Positions 25,322 to 37,903 of a stretch of DNA of 57,589 nucleotides are shown here, piece after piece. Made by a program: the position numbers and the translations under genes. Each line of letters opens with the position of its first letter. The first letter of the stretch is position 1. A model generated the notes under the pieces. It saw only the letters and a program-made list of their open reading frames with translations, did not search any database and was not told where the DNA came from. The stretch lies in contig NW_021833599.1 of the NCBI RefSeq assembly GCF_006345805.1, positions 1 through 57,589 on the forward strand, given 5' to 3'. The stretch comes from Octopus sinensis. Its lineage: Eukaryota.

Positions 25322-27674
25322 ATATCTATCTGTCTGTCTATCTATCTATCAATTTATTTTTCTATATATCTATCTGTCTGTCTATCTATCTATCAATTTA
25401 TTTTTCTATCTATCTATCTATCTATCTATCTATCAATCAATCTATCTGCCTGTCTGTCTGTCATGTCTCTCCCATCTCTCATCTCTCTCTCCCCCTCTCT
25501 CTCTATCGATCGTCTGTTTCTATCTATCTCCCATCTTCCTTCCTTTCTTTACTAAGCCCTCTTTTACCACCCCGCTCTCCTCTCTTTACATAGAAAGCCA
25601 TTAAATAACTCAAGCCTAACAAAAGAACTAATTACATCGCCTTTCATTGAGTCTTAGTTTCGACATTTCCACTCTCCATTCTCCATTCTCCATTCTCCTA
25701 GACTAACACAGCGAACAGATGATGGTGTTTATAGCGCCCTACATTTTCATTTCTTCGGGAGAAGATATTCTCCAATGCTCCAGTTCTATTACATAATGCC
25801 TCACAAAGACATTAAGATAACTCTTTCAGCGATTTCCTCGTAGACAATATGGCTGCCGAGTTTTAATGACACCCAGAAAGAAAATGGCCGAATACATATG
25901 ACAACTGATATATATTTCATTGTTTTGCCGAATTTTCTGAAAATATTGAAATACAGATCTTCGGGTAATAAATAAATGCTTCAATCTCCAACAGCTCTCC
26001 CTCTCTCTCACACACACACACACACAAACAATCTCTCTCCCTCTCTTGCTTTCAGCCTGTCAGTCTGTCTTTGGTTGGCTCAATGTCCTTGTACTCGCTT
26101 ATCTAGACATCTATCCTCTCTAATTTTGTAGCTTTTTTCTCATTCATTCTTTTTATCTTTCATTCTCTTATGCACTCATTGTCATTCTCTCCCCCTCTCT
26201 CTCCGTCTCTCTCTCTCTCACACACATTCTCTTTCTCTTTCATACACATATACACACATTCTCTCTCATTCTCTCTCTCCCTCTCTCTCTCTCTCACACA
26301 CACACATTCACACATACACACACGCAAGCGTATTCTTTCTCTCTCTTGTCTTTCTTTCTCAAACATGCAAACGCTAACACACACTCTCTCACTTTCTCTT
26401 TCTCTTGCTCACACGCAGAACCCCCTCTCTCTCTTTCTTTCTCTCTCTCTCTCTCCATATCTCACGACTACACACTCTCACACATACACGCACGCGCAGA
26501 CACACTACCTCTTTTCAGTGTCACAGACTCTCACACCTTGCGTCTCTAAATACTGTGTCTTTACTTCCTTACGCTCTCTTCCTCTCTCACTCCAGCCACT
26601 CTCTCCTCCTTTCCTCTCTTTCTCTTACCTCCTCCGATATATATACTCTCCTCCTCTTTTACTCTCCTTTATATATTCTCTCTTCTTCCCCTTCCTCTTA
26701 GATTTATTTATCTTCATTTTCTCACTCTGTGATAAATAGTTAAGTCCAGGCTACACACACGCATACAGACACTTACACACTTATACACACACACACATAC
26801 ACACACACACATACACACACACATGCCACCAGGTACACATACTGTCTTTAAGTTGTAAGCTTTATATGAAAGTTTGTCGATCTTTTTCTTTCTCCTCTTT
26901 CTCTTCACTTTTATGCATATCTCTCACACACACACACATACACACATGTACACGTACATACACATATTACCAACGCACACACACATATGCATGTCACAAA
27001 TACATACACACACACACTCACATATACAAAAACGCACACATACACACGCATGTACACGCATGCACATACAAATACACACACTTTCAAATACACACGCACG
27101 CACACACTTTCAGACACACATACACACCCCTATACAAACACACATACATGCACACACACACATACCCACACTCACACAAACATACACACACACTGACTTC
27201 AACGACCCTCCACACACACACACTTTCAAATACACACGCATGCACATACACACTTTCACACACACATACACACACACACCTCCCTATACAAACGCACATG
27301 CATGCGCACACACATAGATCTACAACCACACGCACACATACCCACACTCACATAAACATACACGCACACTCACTTCGACGACCCTCCACACGCACACACA
27401 CACACACACACCTACACACACCTTTCAGTTCCTCTATTATTTTACTGCACCACACGTCTCTCTCCCTCCTCCTCTCTTCCCCTCTCAAATCCTCATTATG
27501 ACACCCTACTCCTCCTTCCCCCCCTTTCTATGTCTTCTTAGCACGCTCCTTCTGACAAACAATTTACATATATGCACCCGCCATGTCATTCGACCACACT
27601 CGCACACACAGCACATACACACACACAGCACATACACACACACTACCATCTACGTAAAACACACAAATGTTGCT

Positions 27675-27723
<49 letters not shown>

Positions 27724-27923
27724 CGATTCCACATCGTAACACACCGTTTCTATATCCATCGCATCGTCCATCTTTCTTTATCTGTCTTTCCCGCCCACCA
27801 CGTCTGTTTCAGACACATTTACGACCGTTCGTTCAAGGACACACAGATATTCACGGACGCATATACCTACATATACGTAATCTCGCTTGCACACACACAC
27901 AAAAACACACACACACACACACA

Positions 27924-27962
<39 letters not shown>

Positions 27963-28204
27963 TATGCATTCATACGTACGTACGTACACAAATACACATT
28001 TATAGAGAGACAGACAAGTAGGCAGTGAAGCATAGAGACATACATAACACCTACACACGTTATATAGCCACATGCACACACATACAGACAGACAAACACA
28101 TACATACATACATACATACATACATACATACATACATACACACATACATACATACATACATACATACACACGAACATACAAACACATTTAAAGAGACAGA
28201 CGGT

Positions 28205-28260
<56 letters not shown>

Positions 28261-28500
28261 TGAACAGACAGCCAGGCATACAGACATACACCTACGTTCA
28301 TTCAAAGTACACACGCAGAAATACACACACACACACACACACATACGTTTACACAGACATTGCATGCAAAAATAGAAATCTAAACAAGACATGCAAAATG
28401 CACTCTTGCACCCTAAAAAGATGCATAATCGTCTCCATGCACCCGAATACCCACATGACACGCACACGCATGCGCGCACACACACAAGCCTTTACATGGA
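24600..28500. repeat. Low-complexity domain: CT-rich, (ATCC)n, (ATCT)n, (GTCT)n, (CA)n, (ATAC)n, (GA)n
   Basis: Direct reading. A unique island lies at about 25580-26000. Confidence 0.85.
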
Positions 28501-28580
28501 CGTTCAACATGGAAGGAATCGTTCTCAAATGAGACTCCATCGTCTTAAACATGCTGAGGAGACTTTCGGCAATGGTGGTT

Positions 28581-28816
28581 CAGGGCTGCGAGCTGGCAGA
28601 GTGGTTAGCACGCCGGGCGAAATGCTTAGCGGTATCTCGTCTGCCGTTAATTTGTGAGTTCAAATTCCGCCGAGGTCGAATTTGCCTTTCATCCTTTCGG
28701 GGTCGATAAATTAAGTACCAGTTACGCACTGGGGTCGATGTAATCGACTTAATACCTATGTCTATCCTTGTTTGTCCCCTCTGTGTTTAGCCCCTTGTGG
28801 GTAATAAAGAAATAGG
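28581..28816 (+). mobile_element. Full SINE family A
   Basis: Near-identical to 15607-15840 and 43672-43897. Confidence 0.9.
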
Positions 28817-29209
28817 TTCAAGATATCTCGAATAAAGACGGGATGGTCAAAGCTGGTAAGCCTCTGATCATAGATCTTCTCAATCACGACTAACCCGGGC
28901 TAAATAACAGCAACAGCAACAACAACATAAACACACACCAGTTTTTCTCATGTCTCTCTGACGCTGGTGCCTCATCTATTATCCATTATACTCTCTAATT
29001 TTTTCTCTCTCTCTCTCTCTGCCTGCGTTTCTATATCTACCTCTTTCCTTTATGCCCCCACCCTTTCTCTCTCTCTCTCTCTCTCTCCTTCTCACTGTCT
29101 CTACCTCTCTATCTCTTTTCCAGCCCTCCCTCTCTCTCTCCATCTGTCCTCTCGTTTTATCTCCTTTGTTTGGGATATCCTCTTCCCGTTGTGTCCTTAA
29201 CTGCCCGCG

Positions 29210-29232
29210 GTAGCAGCAGCAGCACCACCACC

Positions 29233-29294
<62 letters not shown>

Positions 29295-29620
29295 TACTAC
29301 TACAGCTACTGCTGTTACCACAACGTAGAAGACAAAGACACGACCACGACGACCACAACCCTTCACCGCGGCCACTACAACCATGAGCGCCACCATCACC
29401 ACCACTTCAACAGCATCTACTACCACCACCACTACCACCACCACCACCACTACTACCACCACCACAATCAGCACTACCCCACCACCACCACCACAACTAT
29501 CAACAGTCCCACCATCTCCACTATCTCCACTACCATCACCGCCACTACAACAGTCACCACCACCACCACCACCACCACTACTATCACCACCACCACCACC
29601 ACCACTGCCACCCAATCCAC
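29210..29620. repeat. (CAC)/(TAC) trinucleotide low-complexity tract
   Basis: Direct reading. Confidence 0.85.
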
Positions 29621-30109
29621 ACGATACAGTTTACATAATCCTCTTCCAGTTGGTGTCTCTGACCACCATCATCACCATTCCAAGTTCCTAACACCCTTAA
29701 ATACTCACCGACCATCCTTTCGTATTTATGTCGTCGCAGACCACACCAGAACCAGCAATTTAAACTCTATCCCCCCCCCCCCGACCCTCATTCCTTTCTT
29801 CTTTTCCTCTTCCTCCACTTCTTCCTCGTTCTGCCTATTCTCTTTTATAGGTCCCATGTTTCACTGTTTGAAATTTTTATTGTATTTTTATAATTTAATT
29901 CCCCAAACCTCCTCATACTTCTGCTATCCATTCTCTCTCCCTCTCTCTCCCTCTCTCTCCCTCTCTCTCTCTCTCCCTCTCTCTAGTTTGCTTGTTTTGT
30001 GTCCGTTCCCTCCCTAATGGTCGACAATTCCATATTGTCAAATCTCAATTTACGAGGTTAAGATGTGTTATTGAATGCATGAACATATGTAGTACGTGAA
30101 TGCACCGAA

Positions 30110-30520
30110 TGCGCCCCACTTGGGCGAGTGTCTTCTACAATAGCCTCGGGCCAACCAAAGACTTGTGAATGGATTTTGTCGATAGAAACTGAAGGAAGCC
30201 TGGCGCGCTTACAGATATCACACAGATACGTAAGCAAATACAAGAACAAAACGGAAAGAAAAGACAGGAAAATACAACAAAAGTCAATTGGAAATACACA
30301 GGGAAATATATTAGACTAATGCTGAGTGAAAGTTTTTGATGGAAAAATAGGAGTGGAAGTGACGTTTTGAGCAGGGCTCTTCGTCGGAAAGGAGGAAAAG
30401 TCAAGAGAAGGGAATAAGTAAGAAGGAGGAGAAAAGTACGTGTGTCGTTACTTGACTGGTGTGAGTGTGTATGTGTGTGTGTGAATGTATGTATGTAGGT
30501 GTTTGTGTGTGTGTGCGTGC

Positions 30521-30559
<39 letters not shown>

Positions 30560-30730
30560 CCTCTTACCGCCTGACGATCGGTGTTGTATTTAGGCGTACA
30601 TAATCGAGCGATTAGTTCAGTAAAAGGATATTGTAAAATATTACCAGGCTTAAAATAATATGGAGTATATTTGATTGAATTAGTCTTTCTAGGCGGTACC
30701 CCAGGTACCCCAGCATTGCTGCAGGATAAT
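30110..30730 (+). mobile_element. Old SINE B/C with a nested insertion between modules B and C
   Basis: Module B at 30110-30205, foreign segment about 30240-30445, (GT)n, then degenerate module C at 30570-30730. Confidence 0.6.
30361..30390 (-). ncRNA. Decayed minimal hammerhead-like motif
   Basis: Minus strand: CCGACGA-A-GAGC/cct/GCTC-AAAAC-GTC. Helix I is poor. Confidence 0.45.
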
Positions 30731-30767
30731 GACAGAAACATATACACGAGGAAAAAAAAAACAACAT

Positions 30768-31015
30768 ACAGGCGCAGGAGTAGCTGCGTGGTAAGTAGCT
30801 TGCTTACCAGCCACAGGGTTCTGGGCTCAGTCTGCCAACCGATGCTGGTGTGTTTACGTCTCCATAACCTAGCGCTTCGGCGAAATATCCCGATAGAATA
30901 AGTACTAGGCTTACAAAGAATGAGTCCTGGGATCGATTTGTTTGATTAAAGGCGGTGCTCCAGCATGGCCGCAGTTAAATGACTGAAACAAATAAAAGAG
31001 TAGAAGAGTAAAAGA
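30768..31015 (+). mobile_element. Internally deleted SINE B/C (head joined directly to module C)
   Basis: ...GGGCTCAGTCT|GCCAACCGATGCTGG...; CORE and the microsatellite are absent. Confidence 0.85.
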
Positions 31016-31809
31016 GAGAGAGAGAAAAATGTCTTGCGGTAAGTTTTGCAGTTCTATACGATCTGAGTTCAGTTCTACCTCGTAGTTCAACTTCGTCTTT
31101 CACCGTTCCTGACTCGATAAAATAAAGTATCAGACAAGCCCTGAGGTTAATGGTATCGAGTTATACCCCCACCCCACCTCAAAATTGATGGGGCCCCCGT
31201 GCCTATGATACAAACAATTTGTTATTAGAATCTGCCGAAGAGACAGCCAAGCACTCACTGCTTGGCTGTATATTTTCTCTGCTGTGCAGACGAATGGCTT
31301 GACACAACTCTCCACATTAATAAAAGCAGAGAAAGAAAAATAGACGATGATGATGATGATGATGATGATGGTGGTGGTAGTTGAGGTGGTGGTGGTGGTG
31401 GTGGTGATGATGATGATGATGATGAGATGATGATGATGATGAGATGACGATAATGGTGATGATGATGATGGTGGTGGTGGTGGTGAGATGATGATGACGA
31501 TGATGATAATGGTATGATGATGATGATGATGATGAGGATGATGGCGGTGATGGGGGTGGTGATGCTGGTGAAGAAGAAGGAGGGGAAGAAGAAAGCGACA
31601 GTATGAGTAATGACACAGCAAGAGTGAGGTAAAGGAGAGATGACATCGTCCTGTCTTGCTGAACAGAAAACTAATGATGACGTGACAGAACGGGTTGGTG
31701 ACGTAAAAATCTCCCCGACCGACAGTCAGGCAGACAGACAGACAGACGGATGGACGGACTGACAAACAGACAGACAGAAATCATGACTAAAGTTCTTAAA
31801 ATATGATGG

Positions 31810-32020
31810 AAAAGAAAGGATCATTAGCAGGCTGGACGAAATGCATAGCGGCGGCATTTCGTCCGTCTTTATGTTCTGAATTTAAATTCCGTCGAGGCCG
31901 ATGTGTCTTTCACCTTTTCGAGGACCGATAAAATAAGTACCAGTTACGCACTAGGGTCGATCTAATCGACTTAGCCTCTATCCCCAAAACTGCTGGCCTT
32001 GTGCCAAACTTTGGAATCAA
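31810..32020 (+). mobile_element. SINE family A
   Basis: TGAATTTAAATTCC...GATAAAATAAGTACCAGTTACGCACTAGGGTCGATCTAATCGAC. A more decayed copy is at 31060-31240. Confidence 0.75.
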
Positions 32021-32144
32021 TAACTGATAAAGGAGGGGAAAGATAAACTTAACGGGGGTGACTGTCATGAGATGCAAACTATGATGTTGTGGCGATGATG
32101 ATGATGATGAAAGACATACCAGGGATCATGCTTGTGTGTGTGCT

Positions 32145-32187
<43 letters not shown>

Positions 32188-33557
32188 TGTTGTATGCATA
32201 AAGTACTCGGGTTTCACCCATTCGACAGCTTATGTTAAACTGATCGTCATCTGAATATTGGAACCTTGAGTTGTGATTTGGACACCTTTCATTTTATTTG
32301 CCCTTTAAGTCGGTCTCCTACAAATCCCTAAATATTTCTATTTAGGGATTAGGGGAGTTTGTATCAATTCACCCTTTTCAGAAAGGAAAGCACAGGGGCG
32401 AAAGAAAAGTCGCAAATCTATGACCAGCGTAACGTGTTGCTCGTGTCTTCTTTATTCTTCATGCAAATACAGTCTGGTCGCTGATTAATTTGTCTGTCTG
32501 GCTGCTTGTCGCCTGTCTCGCTGCCTGTCAGTCTGCCTGTCTCGCTGCCTGTCAGTCTGCCTGTCTAGCTGGCTCGCTGTCTGTCTGACTGTCTGTCTAT
32601 ATATTTCAACGTACGTATGATTCCCTCTCTATGATTCCCTCTCTATGATTCCCGCTCTATGATTCCCTCTCTATATACCGCTCTATATCCCACTTCCGTT
32701 CTCTTTCTTCCACAGATCACGTGAAACAAACACGCTCCCATATATACATTTATGCATTTAGAGAGAGAGAAAGAGAGAGAGAGAGGGAGAGGGAGAGGGA
32801 GAGGGAGAGGATTGAAAGACAAAAAGAAAGGAGAGAAAGAAAGATAGTGGACACACAAACATAAATAAGGCATACAATTGTACATACAGACACATGCATA
32901 CCTGCGTACATATATACATATACATACATCTTCATATATCATACATATACAACCATACATACATACAAACATACATACATGCACATACAGATACGTACAT
33001 ACATAATTATATGCTTAAATGCATACATACATACATACACATACATACATACGTACGTACGTACATACATACATACATACATACATACATACATACATAC
33101 ATACGTACGTACGTACATACATACATACATACATACATACATACATACATACATACATACACACATACATACATACATACATACATACAATACCGGTTTT
33201 GCAAAAGTCAGTCTGTCACACCTAATCGATATCTATGTCATCAATATATTTATGGCAGGCACTTAGTTTACAGTTTCCGGTGAGATGAAAGGCAAACACC
33301 GTAAAGAACGTTTCTCTATTCTCGCTGCTAAAAGGGGCGTTCATAGACCTTATTTATATACATTTACTCGTCTCATAAATTACCATGGAGCCCTTCAGAT
33401 GATTTTCGTACTAATGAAAAAATCATCGCAATAAACTTTTAAAACATACAAGGGTTATTTAAGGGAGGAACAGGACCAAGCAAAATCATGGCGGAGTTCA
33501 GTTATGTCCCCTTAATTGACGTTAGGTGTCAGGTCGATTATTTCATATGTAAAGTAT

Positions 33558-33790
33558 CTATTTCTTTATTGCCCACAGGGGGCTAAACATAGAGGGGACA
33601 AACAAGGACAGACAAAGGGATTAAGTCAATTACATCGAACCAGTGCATAACTGGTACTTATTTAATCGACCCCGAAAGGATGAAAGGCAAAGTCAACCTC
33701 GGCGGAATTTGAACTCAGAACGTAGCGGCAGACGAAATACGGCTACACATTTCGCCCGGCGTGCTAACGTTTCTGCCAGCTCGCCGCCTT
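33558..33790 (-). mobile_element. Full SINE family A
   Basis: Reverse complement of the 43672-43897-type copy. Confidence 0.9.
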
Positions 33791-34069
33791 AAGTATCGCT
33801 CAATTAGAATACTTTAACTGACCAATCATTCTTTATCCAGAATGTTGTGGTAGTCTGTGGAGAAGGAGACAAACCTTTTGCGGTATCTCGTTCCACGCTT
33901 TTATGTTCAGATTCCATCGAGGTGTCCGTTTCTTTTTTTTCTTTTTTTTTTAATGGTGAATATAACAAAGAACTAATCAAGTGCTGGAGGGGTTATCCTC
34001 GGCGGTTACCCTTCCCCACAAATTTCTATCCTTATAACTAAATGAAAATTTATTGTTGTTGTTGTTGTT

Positions 34070-34510
34070 AAGGCAGCGAGCGGGCAGAATCGTTAGCAAA
34101 CCGGAAAAAAGCGCTTAGCGACATTTCGTCCGTTTTTACATATATATGAGTTTAAATTCCGCAAAGGTCGACTTTGCCTTTCATCCTTTCGGAGTTGTTA
34201 AATAAACACCAGTTCATCACTTTGATCGATGCAATCGACTTACGTTCTTTCCTGAAATTGCTGTAACTTATGACAAAATCTGGAACCATGAGGCGGCGAG
34301 CGGACAGAATCGTTGGCGCACCGAACAAATATGCTCAGCGGTATTTCATCAGTTTTATGTTCTGAGCTCAAATTCCGCCGAGGTCGTCTTTGGTTTTCAT
34401 CCGTTCAGGGTCGATAATATAGGTTACCAATTAAGTAATGGGGTCGATATAATCGATTAACACCTTCCCACAAAATTTCAGTCTTTGTGGCTGCATTAGG
34501 AAAGGGTTAT
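34070..34510 (+). mobile_element. Two tandem SINE family A copies
   Basis: Heads at 34070 (AAGGCAGCGAGCGGGCAG) and about 34290 (GAGGCGGCGAGCGGACAG). Confidence 0.8.
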
Positions 34511-34709
34511 TAGTTTTTTGCTTGAGCCTTAGCGGAACTTATAAGGGCTGGTTACCTATTTTCCATGACGTATAGGTGACTCGGGTCACAAAAATCCTCC
34601 CTAAAAAGCAAAGTTGACCTCGGTAGGATTTGAACCCGGAAGAGATGCTGCTAAGCATTTTGTAAAATGTGCTAATGATTCCGCCAGCCCTCCGCCTATT
34701 CCTGTATGT

Positions 34710-35116
34710 TTTTTATTTGTTTCTGTCATTTGACTGCAGCGGCTAAGCTGGAGCACCGCCTTAAAGGGTGTTAGTCGAAGAAATCGACCCCAGGACTTGT
34801 TCTTTGTAAGCCTAGTACTTCTTCTATCGGTCTCTTTTGCCGAACCGCTAGGTTACGGGGATGTAAACACACCAGCATCGGTAGTCAAGCGATGTCGGGG
34901 GGAGGGGGGACAAACACAAACACACACAAAAGTATATATATATAAATATATATGGGACGGGCTTCTTTCAGTTTCCGTCTACCAAATCCACTCACAAGAT
35001 TTGGTCGGTCGGAGGCTATAGTAGAAAACACTTATCCAAAGTGTCACACAGTGGGACTGAACCTGGAACTATGTGGTTGGAAAACAAGCTTCTTACCACA
35101 CAGCCACGCCCGCGCC
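34710..35116 (-). mobile_element. Full composite SINE B/C
   Basis: Reverse complement of B, short (TA)n, then C. Confidence 0.85.
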
Positions 35117-35429
35117 TATATTTCTTTGGACGCCTATATATATTGTAAAGAACCTTTATGATTAAAACTTTATTCCAAATTTTATTCTCGTCTCTCAAAA
35201 ATATTGCCACTGTTTTTGATTGTCGGTTAGATGGTTTTATGATGTTTGCTCCAAGTCTCTAAGTTCTGAGATCGAATTACACTTTGTAGAATGGCCGTGT
35301 GGTTAGCAAACTCTCTTTGCAACCGCATAGTCTCGATTTCAGTTCTACTGCGCAACACCAACGGCAATTTTCTTCTACTGAAACTGCGAGCTAACCGATA
35401 CCTTAAATTTGACAGGAAAGGGGGAGGCT

Positions 35430-35501
35430 AATTCGCTGGTATAAAGGTAAAACACTTAGTCGCATTAACGAAGGGATGTGGGTTCGAGTCCCACGCGGAT
35501 A
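35430..35501 (+). tRNA. tRNA-like sequence, probable pseudogene (CAT at the anticodon position)
   Basis: 72 nt with a 6/7 acceptor stem, A box TGGTATAAAGG, perfect T arm GTGGG-TTCGAGT-CCCAC, imperfect D and anticodon arms, and a T-run about 10 nt downstream. Confidence 0.5.
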
Positions 35502-35637
35502 AGAAAGCCTTCTTTTTTCTGTCGAGGGCTTATATACACCGTTATTAGGTTATTAGTCATTGCACAGTGATCACCATAAGCTTTAAGCTTGTATAAAAAT
35601 ACCATTATTATTATCTACACAGACACACACACACAAT

Positions 35638-35682
<45 letters not shown>

Positions 35683-35723
35683 GGAACTATACCCGGTTTA
35701 CGCGCAGTATAAGTGACACAACA

Positions 35724-35972
35724 GCGCGTTGTGTCCTTGAGCAAGACACTTTATTTCATGTTGCTCCACCTCAGATAACAAAAATGAGTTGTACTCGTAA
35801 GTGAAAGAGCCAGCCTTGTCACACTCTGAATCAAGCTGATTTTCACTGAGAACTACGATAAGGGAACGCGTGTCTGTGGAGTACTCAGCCACTTGCATGC
35901 TAATTTCACGAGCGGGTTATTCCCTTGATAGGATCAACTGGAACAATCATTGTCATAAACGACGGAGTGCCA
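35724..35972 (+). mobile_element. Headless CORE plus tail D SINE
   Basis: GTTGTGTCCTTGAGCAAGACACTT...GATCAACTGGAAC...GACGGAGTGCCA. Confidence 0.75.
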
Positions 35973-35989
35973 AATGGCTCAGATCACAG

Positions 35990-36178
35990 TACAACCCCTG
36001 AGTAGGACGCCAGTCCGTCGCAGGGTTAACTCTCCATTTATTCCTGGATCTCATTTGCTGCTGAATATGCCGGCGCAATTAATGTAAGGACGAAACGTTT
36101 TGTTCATGAACACAACGTACCACCCAGTCCAGGAATCTAATGAGAATGGGCGCAGCATCATACAATACTTGGCCACAC
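35990..36178 (-). mobile_element. Old CORE SINE with tail E
   Basis: Minus strand: GATTCCTGGACTGGG, GTTGTGTTCATGAACAAAAC, AACCCTGCGACGGACTGGCGTCC. Confidence 0.6.
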
Positions 36179-36380
36179 CCTTTCTTTAACTAGTTTTTTG
36201 AAATACATTTTTTATATTTGGCTCCAGCGTGTTCTGCTGCAGCAGAATGTTTCAGCTCAGTCTTTCCATAATCAGTCGTTATGCTTGCAGCTGAACAACA
36301 ACAACAACAACAAATGCAACAACCGCAGTAATTCGACTTATAGAATCATCCTTTGAGAATTTAGCATCTCCAACTCAAAT

Positions 36381-36640
36381 ACAACAGTTAAGTCAAATAA
36401 GCAGATACAATCATTCATCAACAGATGCTTGCGTAGTATACTGTGGAAACGGGATGGATATAGAAAGAGAGGTAGGCCTAAGACCTCGTGGCGTAGATCA
36501 ACACAAAAGGAACTAGAGAAAGTGGGGTATTCATAGCAGAGTATAAGTACAGAAGCGAAAAATTATGCGACATGGAATTCAACTATAAGTGGCCTATACT
36601 CCGCGTTGGAGGGTTAAAGGCAGGAAAAAAAAAAAAAAAA
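36381..36640 (+). mobile_element. RTE LINE 3' relic with internal deletion and poly(A)
   Basis: Frame from 36381: KQIQSFINRCLRSIL|WKRDGYRKRGRPKTSWRR...KELEKVGYS*...W...GLYS...* (TAA 36615-36617), then an A-run. TAG at 36534 replaces a conserved Trp. Not in the ORF track. Confidence 0.8.
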
Positions 36641-37127
36641 CTAAAATACAGTTGACCCAGGATAGAATAGCAAACCGCAAACCTCTTAACTTCTTGTCCA
36701 TCACCCTGTGTATTAGCCACTCGTCCTTCTATCTGTTCACAATTTATAAATAAATGGTTTCTATACAAAGAACAACATGAATCTGTTGAAGGACAAGTCA
36801 TACAAACATGTACATGATATTGCATCACAATGGATGGAGGATCAATAAAGGAAAATCAACAGATTTTTCAGTGGTATCAACGGCAAGAGATATATTTAGA
36901 TGTTATGCAGATGCAATGTCCGCTCTGCTGCCTACAACAGCGCCGCCAGGTGGTGAGATGGGTAGTTGACTGAGATAGGGTAAAATGGAGTTGTAATGTG
37001 TTTTATTTAAAATAATCGATTCTCTATTTGTTGTGCAAATACATGATACATACATACACACACATACACGCATATATATATATATAATATATATATATAT
37101 ATATACGTTTGTTTGTATGTATGTATG

Positions 37128-37170
<43 letters not shown>

Positions 37171-37869
37171 AGCTATATTCATATATACATGCGCACGTTT
37201 GCACCTAAAATATGAATGCGACCATTCTTATATATATGTGTGTGTGTATAAGACCCTTATGTAATAAATATGTGTGTGTGAGTGTGTATGTGTACATATA
37301 TATATATATATATTGTACATATATGTGCGTGTGTCCGTATATGAATAAAATGGACGTATCACAAGTATGTATGTATGTAATGGATGTATGCACTGCGCAT
37401 ATTTGTATATGTATATAAATACATATATGTGTGTGTATGTGTGTGTGCCCGTGTATGCGTGTGTGTGTGTGTGATTGTGTGTGTGTGTGTGCATGTGTGT
37501 GTGTGTGTGCGTGTGTGTATTCATTGAAATAAGTTGATAGGTAGATAGATAACAGAGATCCAAAAGGCAGGGTGTAGCTCTGCCCAGACCGCGCTTTCTG
37601 CGTCTATTTCAAACAAACGTTTAGCGTTGTGACCTGATTTACCAGGAATCAATAATGTGTCTCTTTTTTATTTTTACTCTTTCATTTCCCCCCTTTCTCT
37701 TTCCCTCCTCTTTCTTTCTCTCTTTTCTTTCTCACTCTCTTCCTCTTCCTTTTTCTGCCCCTCTCTATCAGTGTGTGTGTGTGTGTCTCTCTCTCTCTGG
37801 ATCGTCTGCTCTGTTGTAGGGAAAACTCTTAGAGATGAACATAGAGTTAAATAGTGTAGAGGCGGGGAA

Positions 37870-37872
37870 TAG

Positions 37873-37903
<31 letters not shown>

